Under the pieces are notes generated by a model, which was given only the letters and a program-made list of their open reading frames with translations, did not search any database and was not told where the DNA came from. Below are positions 51,720 through 61,119 of a stretch of DNA of 64,000 nt, in pieces (the stretch's first letter is position 1; every line of letters begins with the position of its first letter). The position numbers and the translations under genes are program-made. The stretch is taken from contig NW_005434657.1 in assembly GCF_000315625.1 (NCBI RefSeq), forward strand, positions 116,837 to 180,836. The letters are read 5' to 3'. The DNA comes from Guillardia theta CCMP2712. Lineage: Eukaryota; Protista; Cryptophyta.

Positions 51720-52650
51720 AGAAGCAGGAGCAGGAGCAGGAGCAGGATCTCATGACAGAGGAGAAAGAAGAGGTTCATAACAGAGAGGAGGGAGGAGGAA
51801 GAGGAGGATGGAAGCGGGAGGGAAGGACTGGCTAGTCACCTCCTGGGGAGCTCGGGTCGTGAACTTGGGACGCCGTCACGACGATTCTTGGCGCAGCAGA
51901 CGACTTCTCGACAGCAGGAAGCAGGAGGTTCGTGAGGTAGAAGTGACCCAGGTGGTTGGTGCCGACGGTAACCTCGAAACCATCCTTGGTGCGGGGGGGG
52001 GGAGGCCGGGCTCCCGTGTTCAGAGCCACTCCGGCGTTGAGGACGAGGACGTCAATGGGTTTGCCTGACTTGTTCCACTCGTCTGCGAACTTCTTGATGC
52101 TCGAGAGGGACGACAGGTCACATTCCATCGCCGTCAGCTCTCCAGGGCTCCTGCCCGCCTTGCTGGCCAGCAACTTCACCTCCTCCTCCACAGAGTCTCT
52201 TGCTTCCATGGCCTTCTCCATCGTCCTGCATGCGAGGAACACGTTGTATCCCCCGGCGGCAAGCTTGCATGCTGCGTCCTTGCCGATGCCGGAGCTGCTC
52301 CCTGTGATGACGATGTTCCTTGGCCCTCCAGGGGGAGCAAGAGGCAACTTAACATCGTCCTGAGCAGCTGCAGAGGTCAAGGTGGGGAGCAAGACGATGG
52401 AAGACAGCACGACCGCTGCCTCTCGCCTGTTCACCCGCGTCTCCTCCACCGTCCTCCTCCCGTCGTCACGAGCAGAGCACCGCCAGGCCCTCGCGCGAGA
52501 TGGGATTGAGCGATAGCCTGCCGAGGAAGAGGAGGAGGGGAAGGGAGAGGAGGACGAGATCCTCGTTGAAGTAAGAGGGAGGAGGGAGGGCTGGAAGGCA
52601 TGCGCGCATGACGTCGCTGCCACCGCCAGGAGGATTGTCGCTGTCGCCAT
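50872..52650 (-). CDS. Plastid-targeted protochlorophyllide reductase (LPOR)-like SDR, 3 exons
   Basis: ITGSSSGIG, LACR, CDLSSL, LVLNAG, RTKDGFEVTVGTNHLGHF, KATLGDMQGL, MVDGG, AYKDSK, TGLFR, LWELSE; leader AHA-FQP. Confidence 0.88.
51610..51747. repeat. Intronic (GAGCAG)n array
   Basis: Seen directly. Confidence 0.9.
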
Positions 52651-52821
52651 GGCAGGATTGCCCAGAGGATCGCCGGTCAGCAGGTCCTGAAAAAAACGAC
52701 CAGGAGATTTTTGTGNNNNNNNNNNNNNNNNNNNNNNNNNNNNNNNNNNNNNNNNNNNNNNNNNNNNNNNNNNNNNNNNNNNNNNNNNNNNNNNNNNNNN
52801 NNNNNNNNNNNNNNNGGGAAT

Positions 52822-52896
<75 letters not shown>
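52822..52896. repeat. (CAGG)n microsatellite next to a 100-N gap
   Basis: Seen directly. Confidence 0.95.
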
Positions 52897-53004
52897 CAGT
52901 TGTTGGTCCCAGACGTGAAAGGAAAGAAGAACTTTGAGGTGTTGACGATGAGAAAGAGATCGTAACATGTCAGCTCGTAGACAGTCATCGGCGAGGGATC
53001 ATGC

Positions 53005-54120
53005 ATGATGATCGAAGAGGGAACAGGCTCAGCATGTAGAGGATCTTGTTGGTGGGAAGGAGCGAGTCTGAGCAGGGCGATCGTTCCGTCCCCTTGTCGT
53101 CCCTTCCTCATCCCTTCCGTGCGCAGGCAAAGGATGGAGACTGCCAGCGAGAGCAGCGTCGACATGCTCATGGATGCCTGCGCGATCGCCTTGGGCGGCT
53201 CGCTCCCCCTCCTGCATGTCAAGGGATGCTCCGCCCTCCTGCAGCCGATCCACGACGTGCTGGACGAGGTCACGAGCGAGGACTTGGGCATGGAGCAGCG
53301 CGGCACCGACGGGAGCAGCAGCGCGGTGGAGATGTACAGAGGAAGGAGCTTCTCCGTGACCGTCCTCTCCCTGCCCCCCGGTGCGTCCCTTCCCATGCAG
53401 GACCTGCAGGTGAAGGGCGAGAGGGAGGGAGAGAGGGAGGAGGAGGAGGAGGCGGAGGCGGAGGAGGGTGAGGGAAGGAGGAGGAAGAGAGAGTGAATGC
53501 GTACAGGACATGTTGATGATTTACAAAGTCTTGAGGGGAGAAGTCAGGAGAAAAGTCTACCGCAGGGTAGAAAGATCCCTTCCTCTCAAGCGAAAGTCTC
53601 GAAGGTGGGGCAGGGAGCACAACGAAGTTCAGGTTGGTCGTCCTATGGCCGCGCGCGCTCACGAGTCGTGACGTAGCGCAGGTCTGCCAACAAGGAGAGG
53701 AGGAGATCATCGATGCCTCCACGACGAGCTCAGCCGAGCTTGACGACAGCTCTCTGCTCCTCTTCACAGCCAAGACGGCAGCCGTCATGGTGATACTGAG
53801 CTTCTTGTCTTCTCTGCCTTTCCTCCTCCTCCTCTGAAGCTGATGATCCTTGCTCAGGTGCAGGTAATGAGGACGCCTCCCGCCCCTCCTCTGCTCTGAC
53901 CGCGTCCACAAAGATCGTAGCTTCTTCGACAGGCGCTCACCAGCGGGCCAAGTTCTTTGTGCTCGGGACGAAAGGTCAGGTCGAGCTGAGGACGAGCTGG
54001 ATTCTGATTCCTGTCTTGCTAGCAGAGGAGGAGGAGTTGATCAAGGAGGAGGGGGAGGCAGCGCGCAGGCACGTCCTGAACCCGTTGGATAGGCCAGGGA
54101 TCCCAAGGAAGAGGTATTGA
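53005..54120 (+). CDS. PCO/ADO (thiol dioxygenase)-like cupin lacking the His triad
   Basis: VLDEVTSEDLG...EMYRGRSFSVTVLSLPPGASLPMQDLQ|DMLMIYKVLRGEV follows the PCO/ADO pattern L..I...DVG...IY....FS..IF.LP....IPLH.HPGM.V.SK.L.G; start may be 53134. Confidence 0.65.
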
Positions 54121-54313
54121 AACATCTGCTCCTTCAACCGTGCTGACCTGGCTAGAAGGTACGAGGGGAAACCCTGGGGCCCTGTTGTGATCGGGACAAG
54201 AATGGAGCATAGTTCAACACAACAGCAAGAGGAGCTGAAGGAGGAGGCAAAGGAGGAGGAGGAGGAGGAGGAGGAGAAGGAGGAGAAGGGTAGGGACTGT
54301 GTGAAAGAAGAAG

Positions 54314-54417
54314 TCAAGGCCTAAGCTTCTTCTGTCCCTTCTTGATGTCCTGAAGATGTTGCTTGATCCTCTCGATATCCCGGTGATGGGCAGCCTCATT
54401 CTGACAAGAGCATGCGT

Positions 54418-54450
<33 letters not shown>

Positions 54451-55470
54451 GAGGAGGCGATGCAGACGTGGAGACGAAAAGGAAGAGAAAAATGGAGGGA
54501 ACGAGCGAGGAGGGCGGGGAGGAGGGGCGAGGGGATGGACGAAAGGAGGGGACAGGGGGCAAGAGGAGGGAGGGAAACGTGAGACGCTTTACCCGCAAGA
54601 GCATCTTCCTGACTTCGCAGAATCTTTCTCTGATCTCGACTGTCTTCCTCGATTGCTCCTGCACCTCCTCATGCTGTCTCTGACATCTCTGAAGGGCCTC
54701 TTGGTAGAAGAACATGTCGTGCTGGATCTGCTTCTTCATGTTCTCCCGCTGCAGCGGCTTCTCCCTCATGGTCTCCTCGAGCTCCACCAGCTTCTTCGTC
54801 AGATACCTCGTATTGTCCACCTCCTTCCTGAACTCCTCCTTGATCACCTCAAGCACCGCCGTCTCCTCCTCCAGCCACTTCTCCAGCTGCCGTAGCTCCA
54901 CCGCCCGGCGGCTCAGCAACGCGGACCGCAGCTTCACCGCCCGCTGCATCTCGGGAGGGCAGAGCTGGAGGTCCTCGTGCGCCACTCCCCTCTGCAGATC
55001 GCTCAGCCCGATTGGGTTGTACACCGTGTGGAGGATGCCGTCCTCGTCCCTCTGTACGCTGACGCTCCCATGGATGTCGTCGGTGTTCACCTTGACCTTC
55101 TCGTGCTTCCCGTCCAGGAACAGGGTGATGGTGCCCGGCGGCTTCTTGTCAACTCTGCGGGTGATGGTCTCGTCGTTGAGAGTCTGCATGTACGCGGAGT
55201 CCAGCTGGTCCAAGATTGATACCTTCTCGTGGAGGGCCAGCGATCGGTCGATCTTTGACTGGAACTTGTCAAACATCCTGTCGCTGTCGGTCTGCAGCAT
55301 TTTGCTCATCTCAACGGGTACAACGCCTGGTATGTAACCGATGGTGAGAGGGATGCCTGTCGAAGACACCAGCCTGGCATCTGCTGCCTCCCCACCTGCC
55401 CCCCTTGCTCGCTGTTGTCGGGCCATGGCCCGTCGATGCATCAGTTCCTGCGTATCTGCCAGATCTTGGA

Positions 55471-55504
<34 letters not shown>

Positions 55505-56446
55505 TGTTGGGAGAGTACTTTCATCCGTGAACGTGCTTGTGTAAGTGACAACAGATGTAGAGGAGCTGCGGTTCAACGAACTCTCAGACCTTGACATGTC
55601 ACCCCAGCTGCTGGGCGAGGAGAGGGCGAGCTCTTGCGGAGGGCGAGTACGACGTTGAGATTCCATGGAAGAAGAGTCGAACGAGCTGTCCACGTCTTCC
55701 AGACTCTGAGTCGCATGCGATGCCCTCGAAACTATCCCCGTCTCTGCCTCGGTACCGGACTCATCCCAGGAGGACAACCCCGAGTCAGAGTCTGCTGGCC
55801 GGTAAGAAGGTTTCCTCTCTTGTCTTCTCCCTTGCGCTACCGTTGTTGTGAGAGGGAGCCTACCTCGAGCATCGTCGCCATCGACCTGGTAGTCATCCTC
55901 CATCCTTGCTTGCGCGTCCAGGGCCAGTTTGAAAGATTTCGCCATCTCCATCACGCTCCTGCGAGTTTCTTCCAGTTGCAGCATGGAAGCATCTGGAACT
56001 TCCTCGGTCACGGTCTCTGCCCTTGACAGAGAATCCTCCATTTTCTTTGTCGTCCAGACTAGCCACTCGAGGTCCGTCCTGTATCCGACATCGAGGGCTA
56101 TCATCCGCTTCTTGCGGGGGGAGGGGGTGACCATGGTAGAAGTTCCCTCCCCAGAGCCTGAGACTTCCTCCATCATCCCTCGACCGTGCCACTCAGCCCA
56201 ACAGGCGTACTCTCTTGCGTCTTCTCCAACCCACATAGCGATTTCCTCCAGCCCTCTCAACCTCCAGCCCTCAGCTCTCGGAGCAACCTGCCTCTCCTCT
56301 AACGCACGTTCTCCGCTCCTCCTCGCCGTGTCTATCCTTCGCTCTACGTCTCTCCTCCTCCTCTCTGCCTCCTCCCTCCTCCTCCTCGTCGCCTTCAGCT
56401 GCATCTCAACCTTCGCCATCTCCACCCCGAAGTCGGACATTGTCAA
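54314..56446 (-). CDS. Coiled-coil/Ser-Thr-rich hypothetical protein (an in-frame intron is likely at ~54403-54592)
   Basis: 710-aa ORF with N- and C-terminal coiled coils; the low-complexity stretch near the 3' end has GT...AG ends. Confidence 0.7.
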
Positions 56447-57426
56447 ACTTGACTAGATGAGCGGACCTCATCCCCGCTGCGGGCTGCCTGGCCCAGCTGC
56501 TGGCCCAGACGGTGCTGGGCCCAGTGCCTGGCCGCCGGGCCCACGGGGCAGTGCCTGGCCGGGCAGCGCAGAGGCCTGGCGCGTGACCGTCCGACCTGAC
56601 CGGGCCTGACTCCCGCCACAGCCTGACCAGCTGGTGACGACCTGGCCTGGGGATTTCGCAACCCCGAGTCAAGTTGCGCAAAGAGAACGCAGTGGCCGGG
56701 TCTCCAGCACGACCAGCCGCGCCGCTCGTCTGTCCTTTGTTCTCTCGGCTGGATGGTACCCGAGTCCGTCACGCGGACGAGCCGGATCTGGTCCTTCCTC
56801 CCCTACCAGCTTCCTTCCTGCGGTTGCATCAGGCCCGGGTTGATCGTGGAGCATATTGACCTCGACGAGCTGATAGCGCACGTCCGAGCAGCGAGATCGC
56901 ATCGCCTGCTCTCTTTCAGCTCGCGGGGGGGCCACCCTGTATCCCCCCCAAGCCTTCAGTCACAGGGCGGTTGATGCAGAGTTTCCTCTGAGCAGGGCGC
57001 AGTTATCCCCAGCTCAGCCTTGAAGCTCTTCCCGGGCTCACGGCAGCTATGCAGTGGATCTCTACCCACCCGAGTCAGCGAGTCAGCCTTGGAGTCAGTT
57101 CCCCCTGCAGCCCCTGCTTCGGAAGACTCAGAGCCCCCAGCGGCGCCTGCACTGCCTCATGACCCAGAGGAAGAGCAGAGGCGAGGCTGGTGATGCGATC
57201 GCATTTTACTATCAAGTTATGGGTTTCAGTGATGGCCTGTACTACTCAGAACATATGAATCATAGGTGAATTTGGATTGTATATCAGTTTTGTGAGTAAA
57301 ATTATCCACATCCCCCCTTGTACGTGAGCATGACGGCTCAGCCTCAACGCACGCTATGAGTGGTCTACTTCCTTCACATCTTCAGCCATCTGAGCAGTTC
57401 CTGGCATCTTCATTCGCCACCCATCA

Positions 57427-59637
57427 CTAACCAACGAACCCTCGATTGAAATCAATACTCGCCGCCTGGACCATCGACCGCTCCTCCCCTTTCTTCCACA
57501 TGTACTGCTCTAGCGCTCCTTCATCCTTGACAGAGGCTATTCGGAACAACATTCCATCCTCCGGCGGGACGACAAAAACGATCCTTATCGTCCATATCTC
57601 ACCTGCAGGAATCCCCAGAGCCTTAAGAGCAGTCAAGAAATACGAGAGCTTGAGAGAGTGATCCTTCGCAACCGTCAGCTGAAAAAACTGCACGACCTTG
57701 TCATCCTGATCTACAATGATTGCATCCCAGCCACCTTGAAATTCACAGATAGGCTTGAGACACACCCTCGTGTGGGGAAGAGAGTCCGTGTCTTGTGACG
57801 GATCGAAGATTACAACGAGATTGCATGCTTTCAAAACTTCAGGCTCGCTTGATCCACGGTAAGTTATGCTCAGGTCTCTTCTCACTTTCTCGAAAAAGAG
57901 CATCTCCAAAAGATACCTATGCATGGCTCGCGGGCCTCTAAAGGCAGTCAACATTCTTCTCAGTATGTCAACCGCACCCACGGACGCCGCAAGATTGCTG
58001 GCTACGTACTTGCTCACAGGAAACCTGACCACCTTCTCCTGAGTGACCATAGTAGCAATCAGCCTGTTCGTCATATCCCCCGAGGAAGCGCCTACATGGC
58101 CCCGAAAAAGATCTTGTAAGTTTGGAGCACTTTGAAGCGCAAGATCCAAGGACCGAAGCACCTCCGCCGCAGTCATGTCGAACATGTACCGACATGACCC
58201 ACCTGCGAGGTAGTGCTTATGTCTCACTCGCTCTTCTTTCGATCTCGGCCGTGTAGTCATCTTGAAACCCAAAGCCTCTCCTGTCACATTCATCTCCAAT
58301 GTGGGAGCCACCTTGCTGTAAAACTCGTCAAACTGCACTGCCTCTAGATATTCATCGATCCTCCATGATGCAACTATGTGCTCCTTCAGCCCCATCTCTC
58401 GATCCTCTTCATCGTAGGCCTTTCCTCGAGAAGCCATTGACGTCACTACCACAAGACGTCGATTCTGCCTGTCAGCATCCCGCCATCTTATACAAGCTAC
58501 CAAAGCTCTCGTGTGAGATTCTTGGTGTGTCAAGTAGCCATCGAGCACCAGGAGGCTCTTTTTGCCGTCTGACAACCCTTCAAGCAACAGTGTCATCTGT
58601 TCCCCCTCAGACTCCTTTGCGAATGAGCATGTTCTTCTCTTGTTGCCTGTCACCTCCACGACACAAGTGTTGCTTCTGGCCTTCAGCCTGATGCATTTGA
58701 AGCTCCACTCATTCCTATCCAGCGTCATACAAAACGAAAGCGTTGTTGTTGTCTTCCCTGTTCCTGGAGAGCCTTGTATCCATCCAAGAGCACCATGCTC
58801 TAGCACTTGCTCTCGCAGGAAACAGAACTGCTCCACGAAGGCTTTTCGGCAGTAGAGAAGAAGATGCTCTCCGCTGTTTACATTTGTGCCCCATAAGTAA
58901 GAGCAATCTAGACGGAAGTATTTCTCCTCCTTGCAAAACCCCATACCGTCAAGCCGAGCTTCTGACTCTGTCCAGGTAAAGGCTGCCTGCTTCTTTTCCT
59001 TCATTTCCTCTCGAAGCTTTGCCTCTTTATCTCGAAGCTTTGCCTCTTTATCTCGAAGCTGTGCCTCTTTATCTCGAAGCTGTCTCTCTCTAACTCGAAG
59101 ATGTCTCTCTCTAACTCCAAGCTGTTTCTTGTCACCTCGAAGCCGTTTCTCTCTGGCCGCAAGCTGTTGCTTTTCACCTTCAAGCTGTTGCTTTTCACCT
59201 TCAAGCTTCGTTTGCTTCATGATCAAGACAGGCTTCATATTGGGGTCTTCTGCCTGGCTGATCTCTTGCTCTACATCAGCCATGGTTTGGTCTACTCCAT
59301 TGATCTTTTTCACTACTCCCTTGATCTCGTCCTCGACTCCATTGATCTTTTCCACTACTCCCTTGATCTCGTCCTCGACTCCATTGATCTTTTCCACTAC
59401 TCCCTTGATCTCGTCCACTACTCCCTTGATCTCGTCCTCTACTCCCTTGATCTCGTCCACTACTCCCTTGATCTCGTCCTCTACTCCATTGATCTTTTCC
59501 ACTACTCCCTTGATCTCTTGCTCTGCAGCAGTGATGGCTTGGTCTGTTTTTTTGACTTTTGTTTGTACCCCCCTAGCCTCTTGCTCTACAGCTGAACTCG
59601 TCTCCTCCTCCTCCAGCTCTCGAACTCTTTTGGCCAT
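57427..59637 (-). CDS. Crinkler/RHS (CR)-type protein: coiled-coil header + P-loop ATPase + PD-(D/E)xK-like nuclease; intronless
   Basis: Walker A GSPGTGKT, Walker B LLVLDG, RLVVVTSM, AGGSCRYMF; C-terminal LLEMLF...CLKPICEFQGGWDAII...VQFFQLTVAKDHSLK, as in oomycete CRN C-termini. Confidence 0.85.
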   Translation of the reverse strand: MAKRVRELEEEETSSAVEQEARGVQTKVKKTDQAITAAEQEIKGVVEKINGVEDEIKGVVDEIKGVEDEIKGVVDEIKGVVEKINGVEDEIKGVVEKINGVEDEIKGVVKKINGVDQTMADVEQEISQAEDPNMKPVLIMKQTKLEGEKQQLEGEKQQLAAREKRLRGDKKQLGVRERHLRVRERQLRDKEAQLRDKEAKLRDKEAKLREEMKEKKQAAFTWTESEARLDGMGFCKEEKYFRLDCSYLWGTNVNSGEHLLLYCRKAFVEQFCFLREQVLEHGALGWIQGSPGTGKTTTTLSFCMTLDRNEWSFKCIRLKARSNTCVVEVTGNKRRTCSFAKESEGEQMTLLLEGLSDGKKSLLVLDGYLTHQESHTRALVACIRWRDADRQNRRLVVVTSMASRGKAYDEEDREMGLKEHIVASWRIDEYLEAVQFDEFYSKVAPTLEMNVTGEALGFKMTTRPRSKEERVRHKHYLAGGSCRYMFDMTAAEVLRSLDLALQSAPNLQDLFRGHVGASSGDMTNRLIATMVTQEKVVRFPVSKYVASNLAASVGAVDILRRMLTAFRGPRAMHRYLLEMLFFEKVRRDLSITYRGSSEPEVLKACNLVVIFDPSQDTDSLPHTRVCLKPICEFQGGWDAIIVDQDDKVVQFFQLTVAKDHSLKLSYFLTALKALGIPAGEIWTIRIVFVVPPEDGMLFRIASVKDEGALEQYMWKKGEERSMVQAASIDFNRGFVG
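59000..59520 (-). repeat. Coding 21/42-nt tandem repeats encoding heptads (EIKGVV[D/E], KINGVED; LRDKEAK; LEGEKQQ)
   Basis: CTCCCTTGATCTCGTCC / CTCCATTGATCTTTTCC units at 59294-59518; TCTCGAAGCTTTGCCTCTTTA units at 59007-59100. Confidence 0.92.
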
Positions 59638-60589
59638 GGTAGCGGCAGTGGCAGCGGTGTGTATCGCAAGATAAATTGTGGAGAATTTTATGTAGAGCTA
59701 TGGGATCTAGGTAGGATTCACCCGATTCACAATGTACTACACATTTGTTTTCTGTCAGGTTTATAGTTCAAACTTGATACCTAAAACGAATCCGCCTCAG
59801 CCAATCAACCGGAGAAAGGATAAGGCAGCGCAATCCACTACTGGTAGGCTCAGTTCACAAAGAGCAGTAGGGCGGGCGGCGGCGGCCCGGCTCTATAACC
59901 GTCGTGAAGTCATTGTTTGTAACGGCCAACCGTGTTGCCAAAACTTAACGGTCGGAGCCAGACAGCCCGGGACCGGCCCGGCGGCCCGCGAGTCCTTCAA
60001 CGGCCATTCAGTTCGCCGGCCGCGCCGACGCGAGACTCTTGACTGAAGAGAAACTTAACTTTGAGTAAAGACTTGACTCGAGCCGCCTGGCACTGCCAGA
60101 GCCAGTGGCGTCACCGGGCCGGGGTGCAGACGGTGCGACTTCAGCGGCTCGATCATCATCCCCTTCGGCCCGACTCGAGGCCCGGTATGCCATGATCATA
60201 CGTCGCTCCAAACCGGCGTCGTGAGCCAGGCGTACTAACGCGGCCGCGTATTCAGCCCCTCTTCTCAGGCGCCGGGCCGGGCAGCCCGCCTGTCCGCCGG
60301 CCCGGGGCCACCCGGCCCAGAGAGTCTGATCCGATCTAGCCTCTCGTACTGCTTGCCAAGTTGACCGAGTCACGTGAGTGACGACAGTTTTAAATTTTGA
60401 GCAAAGCGACTCAGCCTGTGACAACTTGCGCCGGCAGTCACGAGTGCCAGGCGGCTGTGGGTCGGAGGGGTAGATTCAAAGGAGTACGTCGTCGAGCCCG
60501 GTGTATCCTGTCGGGACATAGTGAACTGAGCGGGGCTGGGTGGGGTGGGGGTTCTAAAGGAAAGTCCCTACACCTCCTTTTTCGAGCCA

Positions 60590-61085
60590 AGTCTCGCGAT
60601 TGAATGCCAGTAGGGGTACATTTCCATAGTGAAACGGGGGTACTACCGTGAAGAAAGGTGGGGTACTCCACTGGCCCAAGAGATCACTCAAGAGTGCGTG
60701 CAGGGTGGGGTAGGGGGTCTGAATTGAGTGGTGGGTGGGGTGGATGTCCTTTGGAGGCCGTCTGGAATTGACAAGGACATTGAGCTACTTAAGGGGGGTA
60801 GGGTACATACCCCCACCCCAAGTGGAACCTTTTGTATTCACCGGTCTGATGAAAGAACGCTATACCACCCCACCGTGCCATTCCGCCCCCCGTCTTCTCT
60901 TGTTGACCACCCCCACAATATACATGGCAGGCAGGGGTAGTGAGAGCAGGGAGGTCAGAGTTATGTACCCCCATTTTCACACAGGATTGCGTTTGTATGC
61001 CCAGGTGGGTAGACAGTAACGTAGAGTACCCTATTTTCTTCCTTCACAAAGGGGGGTGAAGGTACCCCCCTATGGCCTTATAAGC
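60590..61085 (+). promoter_or_regulatory. Transketolase upstream region with dense GGGGTAC motifs and a TATA-like TATAAG
   Basis: GGGGTAC at ~60613, 60637 and 60660; GGGGTAGGGTACATACCCC ~60795; GTACCC ~60965, 61027, 61062; TATAAG 61079, about 40 nt before the ATG. Confidence 0.5.
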
Positions 61086-61119
61086 CCTCACCCTCCACGC
61101 ACTCGCCGTCCCTCCCGCC

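Noticed and set aside
56455-60450. Calling the Crinkler-like locus a defined transposon
   Set aside because: No terminal inverted repeats, target-site duplication, transposase or reverse transcriptase could be identified by eye; kept only as a hypothesis
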